Of a stretch of 60,792 bases of DNA, positions 39,400 through 53,011 are shown piece after piece (the first letter of the stretch is position 1; the number at the start of each line of letters is the position of its first letter). Source of the stretch: Octopus bimaculoides (lineage: Eukaryota); the NCBI RefSeq assembly GCF_001194135.2, contig NC_069001.1, forward strand, positions 8,176,178 through 8,236,969. The letters run 5' to 3'. Position numbers and translations under genes: made by a program. The notes under the pieces were generated by a model. It had not been told where the DNA came from, did not search any database, and saw only the letters and a list, made by a program, of their open reading frames with translations.

Positions 39400-39665
39400 A
39401 ACATTTCAGGTGAGATGACAAAGGACTGAGATGCCTGGCACTTTGCTCTACAGAAGAAGACTCATGCTTTGCTGCAGAAGTGTTAAGACCAGTCCCTCTG
39501 GTGGTGAAAAGCACCTGTGCAGTGCCATGTAAAAGCACCCAGCACACTGTGTTAGGGCATCCAGATATAGAAACCATTCTAAAGACTGGAGTCTGGTGCA
39601 GCTGGCCAGCTCTGGCCAAACCCATGCCACCAGCATGGACAACTGATGTTAAATGATGATGATAA
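39400..39665 (+). mobile_element. Older copy of the (GAT)n-tailed retroposon
   Basis: GTAAAAGCACCCAGCACAC...AGGGCATCCAG...AGCATGGACAACTGATGTTAAATGATGATGAT. Confidence 0.65.
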
Positions 39666-40339
39666 TTTATCAAAAGTTTGTTGTTTTATGTCACTCAAAT
39701 GTGGGCCCATGCCCTTGAGAAATTTTGTGTAAAAAGTGTTGCTGCTCTTGAGCAAATAATTCAACCATATTTGCTGTGAATGTTCTATCCTTTAAAGGTA
39801 GCACCTGAGCATGGTGCAGTGACCAGATACAAGAATAAGCAAAATCATGTGCTGTTTTTCAATGGAGCAACACAATGGATTCAAACGAATAATAATGAAT
39901 AGTCCAGGAACTTGATTTCAAAGACACTATCTTATTAACCCTTTGCCAGTCCAAAGCATTTTTGTAAGTTCATCCTAAACGTCCATACTTGCTTCCAGAC
40001 TTTTAGTTAGTCCCTTTTTTTTTCTTAACATAAAAAAAAGTCCCAAGTTACTCTGGTATTTGAAAAAAGTTGGGAATGTGTACCATACGTGATACATGGA
40101 TGCCAGGGAAATTATGTTGTGTACCACATGTGATACATAGGACAAGCAAATGGTTAATATTTTTAATACTCTGGAAAAGTTGTTTCTGTTGGTTTTCCTA
40201 AATTTAGCATGCAAAATGTAGAACAATGTTGTTGATGAGACACTAAATTATCAACCTCAGTAAAAAAGCAACAAACTCAAATTATTTCAAAAACATATTT
40301 TTATTATTCAATAAAACATAATTTTAATCAGTCTTCAAA

Positions 40340-40559
40340 ATTAGACACAAGGCCAGAAATTTCAGGGAAAGGATCAGTCAATTACATTGACTTTATTTAT
40401 CCCAGAAGGACAAAAGGCATAGTTGACCTCAGTGGAAGTTAAACTCAATATATCAGACCATGATTAAATGCTGCAATACATTTAAGTTTGACACTAACAA
40501 CTCTGTCAACCCACATTTTTTAGACTGGTACTTTATTTTGTTGAATCCTAAAGGATGGA

Positions 40560-40560
<1 letters not shown>
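40340..40560 (-). mobile_element. Degenerate family-A SINE(s)
   Basis: GACACAAGGCCAGAAATTTC...GTCAATTACATTGAC...GACCTCAGTGGAAGTT; second fragment GACTGGTACTTTATTTTG...AAAGGATG. Confidence 0.6.
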
Positions 40561-40798
<238 letters not shown>

Positions 40799-41099
40799 TA
40801 GTAACAGCAACAAGATATAATGGGTGAGTGACAGAAGAGCAGTTCCCCAATAAATCAGAATATGCCAATGCTGGGTGAAGCCGAGGGACTTGGGGGTGAT
40901 GGTGATAATTCCTAAGCTATACCACCCATTCACCTTCCCCTTAGTCAGGAGGGAATCATGCCATAAGTGATGAAATTAGACAAATTGCATCAATATTCTT
41001 TGAGGAGATATGAAACCTGACTTTCCAGTCTCTAGTCTAAATATCAGCATTTCTTTGATCCCTTTCAATTGTTACTACCCTTATCCACCACCACTACAT

Positions 41100-41290
41100 C
41101 AAGCTATTTGCTTCAACCACCATCATAAATCAAGACTGTGTAATCACCTCTCGTCTCTTAAACATTGTTATAAAGCTACCAGCCAATCCCTCGCAGAGAA
41201 AGTGTGTGAAATAAGGAACAGTAATCCTGAATTTGAGATTACGTGGAACAGAGGAGGGCCCCATCATATTCTAATAGAAGGTATGGCTAC
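41100..41290 (+). mobile_element. Penelope-like element relic (GIY-YIG region)
   Basis: KSRLCNHLSSLKH...SQSLAEKVCEIRNSNPEFEITW resembles the PLE endonuclease C-terminal motif (R..NH..SF...T.LS..IW.LK....I.W). Confidence 0.45.
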
Positions 41291-42099
41291 ACCAAACAGT
41301 ACAAAATATTAAAACATCAAGGTAACCTACTAAATTGAAAAACTGAACTTAGTTTATCAGTTTGCACCAGATTCAAAGGGTGTCCACGTACTTAAAACCT
41401 GTTACATAATGTTTACCACGTGTCATCTGAGCACAAAACCTGAGAACTCTTTACAAAATAGATGTTGAATGTGGTAAACGTCATGTTTCTGTCTGCCCTC
41501 AATGGTTCAGACTTTAGAATGATTTCAGGTCAAAAAGAGGGATACCATAATTCTATGACAGTGAGAAATGGTTGAGCTACCAAATTGGTCCTTGCAGTGC
41601 CTGGCCTGTGTGTCTTCCACTACCATTACTGTTGAGCAAAAGTAACAGCAAAAACCAATCATTGATACAGAAGTTGCAGAAATTTGACAACTGGTTTCTG
41701 ACCTAAGCCTAGAAATAATGGATATTAAAACAAAAATTTGTATTAGAACCTCACAATCAGTGATCATATTGGAATGCCTTGCTTAAAAATTTGCCTGCAG
41801 CCCTTGTTGAATTTAGGTGCATTGAGAAAGCTACTGAAACTGGTGCACATAAAGTAATTGTCATTGGCTTATCTGAAGAAATAACTGATCTTCAGGCATT
41901 TGCTGGCAACTCGTCCAAGTACTTAGACTGTGTGCTTCCAAAGAAAAGACAATGGAAAATATGCATAATGAAATTTAAACCAGAATATAACATAGGTGTA
42001 TCTTATTATGGCATATAATGACTCATTTTAACATGACTAGAGTGGTTATCCCATTATCAAATAAATCAATAGTATATTTTCTCCCTTCTGGAAACATGT

Positions 42100-42530
42100 T
42101 ACATAGAATATGAGTATTCTGATAAAACGCTTTTCCAAAATTATCACAATGGTATGAAGAGTTTGTTAGCTCACTGTTATATCTTCTTTACTGTATGAAT
42201 ACATCAATGGATATACAAGATATTCTCTTGGCAAAGAATGACCTTTAGTATTGATATGGTTACTCTTTTGTATAAATATATACATGTATAGTAAAGTGAC
42301 TTGTTCATAACAGCTTTATGCTTGTTTGTTAAGTCACTATTTCAAGAGAATGATTTACCATAGATATCACAGCAATATGGTTGCTCTCTTGTTATAGATA
42401 AAGTAATTCATTTACTTCTTTCAGATAATGATTTACCACAGATATCACAGCAATATGATCCTTTTCCAATATGAATCAACTTGTATGTTAAGACACTCCC
42501 AGCAGAGAATCATTTACCACAGATATTGAA
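42100..42530 (-). pseudogene. ZNF pseudogene, 3' part (about 5 dead fingers)
   Basis: Minus strand repeats of GATATCTGTGGTAAATCATT-like units with stops and indels. Confidence 0.8.
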
Positions 42531-42549
42531 GTAAATGATATAACACACA

Positions 42550-44750
42550 ATTCTTGAACAAAATTAAAACTCTCAAGTCCATCAATATGTATAATGATAA
42601 GGAATCTTCCAAAAATATTTGAGTAGCAAAGGAACACTTTTGCACTGGCTTAACCATAGTAAAAACAGAAACTTCATGAAGGCCACTGAGGCAGTCATAG
42701 AAACTTGCTGAAGAAAACAATGTGTTAAAAGGTTCCAGAGAAAATACAGCAAGAGGGTATACATCAGGTAACCAATGGACATGGAGAAAATAACTAAGTG
42801 TTGTATTACAAGCTGTAAACTTTTGAAGACAAAGTAATTTTGAAAAGAACTGTTGAACCAGTTATTTTGCACAATTATGACTCAAACAGTCCCTCAGGAA
42901 GTACAAGTTAGCATTATTGCAGACAACAAGCAAGCTAAAAACAGGCCAGAAGTTAGTACTGTAGACCAAAATCAATTGCCTGAAGGTACATGTTTAGAAC
43001 TGCTTTCCACTGTATTTCAATCATGATAAAAGAGGAACCATTTGGTACAGCCAAAGTGAAGATGATTGATCCAACAAATGGAAAACAACACAAAGTAGTT
43101 CCACAATGTTCATTTCAATTTAGTCTGCATTATAGATCTCATTGTTGCACACCATGTGGAATTTATGGTTATTAACCAGGCTGACAACTGCAGTCCAAGT
43201 AGCATAAACAAAAAGTATTCAAGGATGGTGTAGGTACAATAGCAAGGAATACAGAAACTAGAGACAGACAATGTGGCCCAGCCCATCAAGTTCCAATTAA
43301 GGCTGAACTACAGAAATGAACTCATGGCAAACTAAGAGTATACATGAACTTCAAAGTTCAGAACTCAGCTCTGAAATACGAATTTTATTTTGTAGCAATT
43401 ATAAAGGATGCCTATCCTAAAGATGCAAGAGTATTTTACCTTGATAGATTATGCCCAGGGTATTGGCATATTCAAGTAACAGAGTTTACCATATCGCAAA
43501 GGTCCTACAGACAATTCAAATGACTTTGTCTATTCTTTAAATTGGATGTATTCATCAGAAACGTTTCAGTAAAAACTACAGTGAGCTTTGGTAGGGGTGA
43601 TGTATTGCTGACAACAATGTCATAAATTGGAAAAGCATTGACAGATACAAAATGTAACCAATGGCCATGGAGAAAATAACTAAATGTTGTATTACAAGCT
43701 GTAAAATGTTGAACCAGTTATTCTACACAATTACAACCCAAACAGTCCCTCATGAAGTACAGCTGATGGAGGATTCAGAGCAGCACTTCAACAAAAGCAA
43801 AAGTGCAGCCACTAGTACATCAGCATGGCTCTGAGGGATGTACAGACATACTATGCCACAGGAGAGGCAAACTTGGAGTGCCCAATTCCTGGAATTATTG
43901 TACCTCGGATTACTGTTCCTATTGGATTACGCCATTCCTCCACCAATATACTTTGAGATATATTCAAGTCACAAACCTATTAGGGAGATAATGCAGAAGC
44001 CTTGAATGAGATACTAAAGGGTTTGCAAAATATACAGTGGTAATTAAAATATTATGATATTAAGGCATTCTCTAAGCTTGGTTGTAAGCAATATTTATCA
44101 AGACATACCAAGCTTAATTGTTTAGGGATGAAGCTCAGTCACAAGTCAGCATTAATATATTGGACAAGATGTAGTGTAAACCACATATTACCAGGATTGT
44201 GGGATACAGATGAGAGAAAATAGATAATCTCAGAAACACAATGTCTGTATATTCTGGTATTATGATAGCTGTGGCATGTGGCACCTTGAACCATGTGAGC
44301 AATAATGAAATTCAATCTACAGTCTGCAGCAGGGTTTGCAAACATACCCAAACAGAGCTAGAAAATGTGTACTGGGCCAATGATGTCTGTTGAGATTGAG
44401 GATCAAGAAGCCTTGAAACAAGCCAAATGAACTCCATGCCTAACAAAGAATAACACTGATGACCCAAGGTATGGAAAACCCTTTCAATTGACTTGTTACA
44501 ATGGCAAGACAAAATTTATGAACTATCAACCATTATAGCAACATGAAAGGTGACAAGCCAAAAACAGACAACCAGAGAATCTCATCATTTACATTGACCC
44601 TCAATTCCCTGCTCAGATATGTATAACTCTTTTGCCACCAAACAACCAGTTCCTACCACCCCAAGGGGCATTTTGCTATAACCCTCATGAGAATGATAGG
44701 TGTTGGTGACATCATTGAAATGACTGTCACAAAGAAATAATTATGACAAA
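42550..44750 (+). mobile_element. Decayed Ty3/Gypsy LTR-retrotransposon pol (RT, RNase H, integrase)
   Basis: Fragments VFKDGVGTI; ARVF...GYWHIQ; ILHNYNPNSP...AALQQ (RNase H start); RAR..VYW..MSVEIED and DLLQWQDKIY (integrase). Heavily frameshifted. Confidence 0.7.
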
Positions 44751-44769
44751 GAATACATTCTTTGAAACC

Positions 44770-44990
44770 AGTAAATTGAAATTTGAAGAAATAATTAATG
44801 ACTGTAGTCATATGAATTTGCATCATCTAAAAACACGCGAATGTGGATTAGCTATGGTTAATTGGCAAAATTATGTGATATAATGACTGAGTATTTTATT
44901 GCTAATCCAGTTAGACTTGGACATGTTGGTCATATTGTAGAAAGAGACAAGTCAGTCTTTAACAGCCGAAAATATGTTATTAGACACTGG
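44770..44990 (+). mobile_element. Merlin transposase fragment
   Basis: EYFIANPVRLGHVGHIVERDKSVFNSRKY, a degenerate GG.G..VEIDES...RKY motif. Confidence 0.65.
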
Positions 44991-44999
44991 CACTAAAAG

Positions 45000-45780
45000 G
45001 AAGAATTTGAACTGACAGGAAGATCACCAAAGACCAGTTGATACATCTCCTTGCTGAAAACATGGACAGCAATGCTAAGTTACCACAACTGGCCAAGGGA
45101 ATATCTAAGAGCCTGTGGTACTTCAAGAATGCCCAAAGGTTGCCTCTGGCCTACAAACACAACAGGAGGCATGAATTGTGTCCACAATCTAATTGATTAC
45201 GGTTAAGTAATTGGATCAATTGTTTCAGCATGAAGTACAAAAAGTGATGCCCATCGTCAATAATTGCATGCTCCAAAAATATTCATCACCTTAACACAGT
45301 TACAAGACTGCTTCTCAGTACAATAAGCATGTACCAACCATGCAATCAGGGAATTATTAAGACATACAGAAAGTTTGTTGTTGTTTGTAAGCTAGTTTGT
45401 TGTTGTTTGTAAGCTAGTTTGTTGTTGCTTGTAAGCTAGTTAGTTTTCAGATGTACACCTCAATGATGTTTCCAGATGCTGAAAACTTCAGTGAAGAGGA
45501 CAAACTGAATGTCCTTGATGCATTGTACATATCAAAGACAGCAAGGAAAGACACCACAGCAAATTCCATAGAGAACTGTGTGTAATGATGCAGGTTTCGA
45601 GAAACCAGAATCAGAGCACAAAGGAAGACAAGACCAGTTGATGACAATGACGAGGGCAACATTTCCTTGGGATACAGGATATCATTCCTACTATTTCTAC
45701 AGTGGCAGACTTCACAAATGTTGATGAAAATGTGAAAACCACTTAACCACAGGAAACAGGGGATTGAAGGACATAAAGCA
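45000..45780 (+). mobile_element. pogo/Tigger (DDE_1) transposase relic
   Basis: FKNAQRLPLAYKHNRR; VMPIVNNC; QPCNQGIIKTYRK; KLNVLDALYISKTA...SIENC. Confidence 0.7.
45372..45441. repeat. 22-bp tandem repeat x3 (AGTTTGTTGTTGTTTGTAAGCT) inside the pogo relic
   Basis: Directly visible; one substitution in copy 3. Confidence 0.9.
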
Positions 45781-45829
45781 TTTAGTGGACTGAAAAATAA
45801 TCATCTCATTCTTATTATTATTATCCATA

Positions 45830-46240
45830 CTATATAACAAAATAATGATATAATCTCACTATCTATGAATATCTAAAGCTAATTAGCCTATATCTTGCAG
45901 AGAACGACTTACCATAGTGATATGGTCTTTCTCTTGTATAAATACATTTGAGAGTAGTTAAGTTACCTTTTTAAAAGGATGACTTTCAACAGTATCATAT
46001 AGGTATGATGTTTTTACACCTCTATCTTAACCAACTGTGATCTATTCCGAAGCCTGAAAATGTAGCAAATTCCTTTCTAATGTTGTCCAAGTTTAATTAG
46101 AATGCAAAATCAGCTTGTCAACATTCTGAACAATGAAGAGAGATATTTTGCAAATAATCTCACCCAGAGCAAATATTGTTTCTGCCAATGTCATCAGATA
46201 TTCTGAAAGAATAGAAAACTAATATAAGATATAGAGGATA
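45830..46240 (-). pseudogene. ZNF pseudogene, 5' part (family acceptor, decayed UTR, dead fingers 1-2)
   Basis: CTATATCTTATATTAGTTTTCTATTCTTTCAG|AATATC at 46203/46202 matches the family acceptor. AAAGGTAACTTAACTACT...AGAAAGACCATATCAC are finger remnants. Confidence 0.72.
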
Positions 46241-47519
46241 AATAAAAAGTAGAGATTAAACAATGGAAATTTTACATTTCAATACTGATCAATTTTTTAT
46301 CTGAACAACTGAATTTTACGATTTATTAAAATTACACTGTACAACTTTGTGTGAAGTCAATGTATTTGTAGATTATACATAGACTTTCAGACTGCCCATG
46401 TGGTCTCAGGTTCAGTCTCACTTCACAGCATCTTGGACATTTTCTATTATAGCCCCAAGCCAACCAAAGTCTTCTGAGTGGATATGATAGGTAAAAACTG
46501 AAAAGAGCTCATCATAGATATTTATATATATCATCGCTTTAACATTCCTTTTCCATGCTTATTTAGTTCAGATGGAGTTAAGACAGATTTTCTATGACTG
46601 GATGCCCTTCCTGTTTCCAAGCAAAGCAATATTTATCCATGATTAGGCATTGTTTTAGAATTTTGGAAATGACATTCAGTTATAACAATCACACAATGTT
46701 AAGACAAGGAGACACAAACAATCTCACATACATATATGATGTGCTTCTTTCAGTTTCTTCAATTCAGGACTTAGAACATGTCATGACAAGTGATGGTTGT
46801 AAATAAGCATCATTGTCATGCAAGTGATGTTTTGTTTCCAGTCTTCCATGGAAAATGTCTGGCCTAGGGAATGTTACCTTACTAAGAAACAGGTGACTGT
46901 TGGTGACAGGAAGGGCGTCTGGCCATAGAAAATCTGCTTCAACAAATTTTGCCTGACCCATGTAAAAGGACGTTAAATGATGTTAACTCATTGGCCTATG
47001 ATGAAAAATATTTCAGCCATGACCACATCTTTCTTCTTTTAGCCATCTAGATTCACCTTTATCATTGTTTAGGCCCAAGACAGATCTGACTGGACAAATC
47101 TATGATCAAAAACAGGCTACTTTCAAGAATGCTACTAATTTTATGACACTTCAAACAAAATGGAAAATTAAACTGATAAAGAGATGAGTAACATAAGGTC
47201 AAAAAAAATAACTAACAACAAATACCTCAAATCCATTTCAACAAACATCAGTTGAATTGGTGGTAAATTGTGACTGGATGTCATGATTAGTGTTATTCAT
47301 GTGGATAACCGTGTCGGTGACGGTAGCTGTCAAGAGAATAAAAGTCGGTCTTGAACATCAAAGCATGTGTGGTATATCAAAACAAAAATATTAAATACAT
47401 AAAATCTTTTTACGGATTTTACCGAACACACCATCAAAACTGCTGGGAAGGAATGACATAAGATATCTATATTGAAGGAATGCCAAAAAAGGCTAAAGAA
47501 AAAACGGTTTTAAAGTTTA

Positions 47520-47990
47520 CTTACTGATATAATTGTGAATTGGACTCATATCCCCAGCAGCAATTCTTTTTTTGACACTTGCTGACGATAATATTTTCGT
47601 TTCTTTTCGGTTAAAAAACGAACATTCCGTCCTATTGCTGATATTCACCAGCATTGCGAAGTGCTCCACAATCAAACCTTCCTTTGTCCACTTCCTTTTC
47701 TGCTCAAAAATTTACATAATCTGTAAAAACAAAAAATGCGATTGTGAGAAAAATCCTTTTCGCTTTCATTTAATTGTCGAATCATGCCGATTATCACGGA
47801 TTATTTTTCTTACACTCGTTTCCTATCACTATACCGATGTCTGTGATTTCGAAGCTCGCTTTGCAACCACCTGACTTCGGATTCAGTTCCGCTGCATGAC
47901 ACCTCATATGTCTCCTACTACATTCTCACGCAGACCAATCACTTGGGAGTGAAAATCGTAGGCGGAAAGTGTAAGTCCATCATGCATGTA
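47520..47990 (-). promoter_or_regulatory. CpG-rich putative promoter / exon 1 of the split ZNF pseudogene
   Basis: Donor-like TCA|GTAAGT near 47520-47527. GCGGAACTGAATCCGAAGTCAG (about 47866-47892) resembles the ZNF-1 exon-1 motif. CCAAT at ~47935. Confidence 0.35.
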
Positions 47991-48591
47991 TATATGTGAG
48001 TTTTCGTATTTGCTTGTCACCACCACCACATGACAACTGGTGTTGGTTTGCTTACGTAGCAGTAACTTTGCAGTTCATTAAAGCCGACCGATAGAATAAG
48101 GGTAGATTTGTTCGACTAAATCCTTTAAGGCGATTCTTCAGCATGGTCACAGGGTTAACAAACAGTTTAACGTCGTAAAATCACGCAAGTAAATTGTTCT
48201 TCAAAAAAATTGAAGTATATTGCGACAGTTACATCTCGTAGTTTAATGGAAAAACTATGCGGCGTACCAATGCATCCAACACATAAACATATATTTAACA
48301 TGAAAATCGTACATATATTTTATACAAGAAGACAATCACATTTGTGGGAAGACAGTAGTCACTAATGCTCATGAAGATATGGTGAAAATAAATCATCACT
48401 AGTTTCTAATTTTCACCTAAGTTTCCCTTTGGCTAACATCCATCGCCCTTCTAATGTCTATGGATTTTGTCATCATTTGGATCAATAGAATTGAGTGAAC
48501 GCTTGGCAATTTGATGAATACATATAAGTTGCCGAGACCCACATAGTAAGTGCACCCATCAGATATCAGACGTACGGCAATCAATCAGAAT

Positions 48592-48714
48592 AAGTCTCAG
48601 GCTTGTCAAGGTTCGCCCGTTACTTTCCGTGTGCTTGAGAGCACGTGTTGTCAAGTCTCAGACTTGTCAAGATTCGCTCGTTACTTTCCGTGTGCGTGAC
48701 AGCACGTGTTGTCA
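48592..48714. repeat. 61-bp tandem duplication carrying CACGTG and TTTCCG motifs
   Basis: AAGTCTCAG at 48592 and 48653; two copies differing at a few bases. Confidence 0.9.
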
Positions 48715-51156
48715 ACTGTAAACATGAAATATCACTAATACAGCATTTTCTACACACATACATATACATACTATTTTTGTATGCCGTATGGGCAACAGTA
48801 ACGAAGGAATGCCTTTGTGTGTAGAATGTAAATAACAAAATGTCGCATTTTAAACTTGGCAAAAAGCCTTGGATATTTATAATGTGCGAGTTATGTATGT
48901 ATATGCACAAAATTCATACATACATACATAACTCCTACATTATAAATATGCAAGGCTTTTCTCAAGTTTAAAATACGACATTGTTTTTGTTATCTACATT
49001 CCACACACATACATACTAACAAACAAATCTTGAGAAGTCGGAAACTTATTTCGATTAATTGCCAAACGTGCTCTTTGAAATTTTCATATATCACTATCGT
49101 CACTTCCGGCTTATTTTCCAACGAAAAACTGCATGTGAAGTGGCCAATCCTCTAACTGAAATAAAGGATATGGTATCAAATTTTAAAATTCGGCGGGTTT
49201 AGGATTAGCTACCCCTTACATCGTGAGGAAGGAAAAGGATACATAATTATATGCCCACTTTCTTACGATTTTCAGTATCCGTGTTTCAAACAAGAATTAC
49301 GATTCTGAAGGAATTTTGGCCATCATTCATTTTGACATTCGAAAGATTGTCGGAATGGCTGTCACGATTAAAATGAAATGTTTGTTTCTTCGGTATTTTC
49401 GTCATTTTATAATATCTCACATTCTGAAACATTCGCATTTTTTCCTCCTAAAAACCAATGTTTTTCAAACTTCTTAACGCTGACCTTTCACCGTACCTTA
49501 TGTGGTGCAAAGGTACGTTCTTTTACGCTTAGACTAAAACTCGAGGATAATAATTAAAGTCGTATATACAAACGAAAGCAAAACATTCTATAATCGAGCC
49601 AAGCTGATCGTAGCACTGCGTCAAAGTAAATTTTCTTCCGCGGCCTCCTTCCACTCTCACATACCCAACAATGTCCTCACATCGACACAGAAGGTAATTT
49701 CATATAAATCACGCCTTTTCATCATAAAAAAAAAACATTAACAATAAAAGCTGTTTACAACTTGATTAAATAATCGAGTCGTAAATAGAATAAGAATATG
49801 AAATAAATAATCAACTATTATATATGTATACATTACTTACATGTCAATGGAGTGGGATTGTGAGAAGGTCAAAATGAAACCCCACAATGTCGTTAAAATT
49901 TCATCTTATGACAAATCCCCACAGGAGACAATAGCATAATGTTTTGCGTTAGATCTTTATATGAACCTAACATCTGACTGATTACCATGTATACAAGTAT
50001 AACAGTCATTTGAAGCTGATCAACTGCACAGCTTCCAGGGTTCTGGTAGGAAATGAAATGAAAAGAATTGATCGAGACACCGTGTACACCGGTTAAGTCG
50101 TTTCTCATTGGCTAATGGTGTTCAGGTGGTCTGTGACATAAACTGATCGTTGTTGTTTAGCCCTAGGTCAGTACTACAGGAGTAGCCTATGGTATGTAAT
50201 TCCTAGGCTGAAATGTTAGAAGTGATGCAAAATTTCCATTGACACTTTACAGCTCAAATTTCACTCGACAAGTCGTTCATGCGTCACCGTTTTTCTTAAG
50301 CATTTACAAAAAATATAGAAACGAATAAATTATTGAACTTTTTAACACAGTGAAAATTTTATGAAGTTGTAAAACTTCAGTGGGTATGTAAAAAAAGCGG
50401 ATTTGTTATGGCGGAAAGTGAAGCGTTCACAAAACTGAAACATGCGACACTGGAGTAATTTACACGCCGACTAAGTGATTCATTGTATGGAGTGCTGTGT
50501 GACACCCTGGACATGTTGCACACTGCCCAGTCTATTTTTTCATCTCTGTAGATTCTGTCGATATCCTCAGCAGAGGAACGCAAGGTGTACTCCATCAGAG
50601 CCTGAAAGTTGCTGTTCCTCTGCATTTTATTATTGGTGGTGTGCCTAGCAGTAGTGTTTAGGAGGGTAAATACGGCCATTGACGGTGTAGCTATTTCTGC
50701 ATGCATGTGTTTTTTAATGTGGGGAAATTGTTTTAAAGACGCTTTTGCAAATGTTTAGCCCCAGATAAACCTTGATTGCGCAGTCAATACGATCAAAAGC
50801 CTCCCAACCATGACTCTTCAGTCTTTTTAAGGGTATCCAGAAATGCAAATTACATGTCATTATTGTATAACTGACGCTGCTTAAAATTTTTGAAACGAAA
50901 CGACAGGTTAACGCACTGCAGCTTGTAGACGTAACCTCTTGACAATATTGTTATGCTATTATTGCCAAACAAAAAACATAAGTCATTTCCAATTAAAGTA
51001 ATTCTAGTTAATAATTTTTTTGATGAACGCGAACTTGTCTATGAATATAGTCTTTCTTCGTTTAATGCTTGTGATCATTTAGTAGGCCTGTGTAAAAGTA
51101 TATATGAAAATAAAACTGTTACCAAAGTGATGTCTCATCATATCAAAATGTATTAA

Positions 51157-51327
51157 CCCTTTGAAGTCGGGTATAAATAGCAAGTTTTTTCATGCGAGAC
51201 GCAAAAAAAGGGTGGGGGGGATAGATGATAATCAATCAAATAACTTATAATGCAAACGTGGCTTATATACCACAGCCGTCTTCAGAATTTAGCAGTGTGT
51301 CAATAAGCCACACCCGGTCTTAAAGGG
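51157..51327. mobile_element. piggyBac-type MITE (171 bp)
   Basis: TTAA|CCCTTTGAAGTCGGGT ... ACCCGGTCTTAAAGGG|TTAA. Confidence 0.75.
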
Positions 51328-52385
51328 TTAATATTGCAAAGAACGTGTTTGTCCAACACTTCGATGAAGATTTTCTAAATGAACGTCTAAAAATAGGAAA
51401 TTTTTTTTCACAATTAGTAGAATCTAATTATATTACCGTTAACAAGCTTCCAGGAGCATACATATTTTGATTTGGTAGTTTTAGAAACGTGTGGTGCAAA
51501 TGAAATTGTATATGCCTTGAGCAAAAAGGAAAAAGCTAGTAAAAAACGTAATTAATATTTAAAAATCTATTAGTTACTGGGACTTACAAAATCAGTGTAG
51601 GAGCGAATAATCACTACCAGTGTGATAAACGAAGTTCTATCGTTACCTCTGTGTAAATGTCCATGTGACATTCTTTGTAATTTTTAAATTTCTATATCAG
51701 ATACTTGTTCTGAATATCTCTCTAGAAACATCGAATTTTTCGGAGCAGAAAATTATAAATGGTTTTCAACTAAATTGTATAATTTACTTTAAGAAGATAG
51801 GGGCGTGGTTTTAGAGAATCTGGCTGCTATTTCTAGCACGACGAGTGACTACTGCATTAATAAAGTATTACGTAATTGTAATAATGTTCTTATGGTGTTT
51901 TGTATTAGTTTGGCTACTATGGATGATTTTTTTTATTTTACAGTATACTACAGCCGTCTTCTTTGGTACAAATAATTTGTTTGTTTAACCTGAGGTCAGT
52001 TCTCCTTCAGCAGAATATGATTAAAAGCATTCTTGTCGTGACCATCGCATCTTCAGATACATTTCTTTTTAAACGTGGTAAAATGGTATACCTCTGACTT
52101 CGTCACCCAAAGTGTCCTTCCTTGGTACTCGTGTACCAAGGTCCCTGTAAGAATCAGGGAGAGATAATTAAAACTGTCAGAAGTGGATGAGAAATTTAGA
52201 AATTTGTGAAGACTACTCTTGAAAAAAAGAGATGTCACATCTAGCTGTCATTAAAACGAAGCTGTTGCTTATTATTTATTATTTTAGTTATTTCATTATA
52301 AATCTCAACTTTATTATAAAGTAAATTTCCACAACATAATATTTGTAATATTGTAACAACTTAAGTGAAAATGTTATATGGTTAT

Positions 52386-53011
52386 TGTAGGGATCTAGCT
52401 TGACCCTGCCTGAGATTTGAAACCAAATCCACCCGCTTGTTGCTTGTCAAAACGAGCGGGAAATCCCCTCCACACCAGATAATGGATGAGGAAACACTCG
52501 ACCCCCTACGATCTGTGCTGGTCAAGGAAAGGTCAGTCCTTTGTTTAGGGTTTGAACTACATTACTGACCATAATCTATATAACAGAGAGAATTTCCGAT
52601 CTCTTCCTCTTTTGTGTCAGTCAGACCAAGGAGCAACACTTTTCTGTCAGCCATGACCAAGAGCAGCACTTTCCTCGGCCACAAGAAAGATGATGCCACC
52701 TCTATCCTTTCTAGTCAGCACCGTGCATTCCTTACTCTTTCACTCTCTACTGACAGACAACCTTTTTCTACACTACTAACCATTGAGCCAACCTTGTCAC
52801 TATCACTAGAAGAGCTACTGTCTCTTTAACTACCTGTTGGGCAAACAAATAAACACATGTAAATAATATTTCTTCCTTCTTGGTCTTGATTTTTTGATGT
52901 TTACTGGTTACTTCAACGCGAGAACCTTGAAGTGTTACATCTACATGCTACATTCAGTAGTGGGCTACATCATATCGACCTGATATCATATCTTTTATCC
53001 AGCCCGCTACA
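52386..53011 (+). mobile_element. Solo LTR (626 bp) with a 5-bp TSD
   Basis: TGTAG...CTACA termini; GTTAT at 52381-52385 and 53012-53016. TATATAA near 52578 and AATAAA near 52849 give + polarity. Confidence 0.88.

Noticed and set aside
39935-39960. TTAA-CCCTTT piggyBac-like left end
   Set aside because: No matching right end found nearby.
41300-42060. Possible BEL/Pao gag-protease relic (ECGKRHVSVCP)
   Set aside because: One weak Cys/His motif only; not enough to call.
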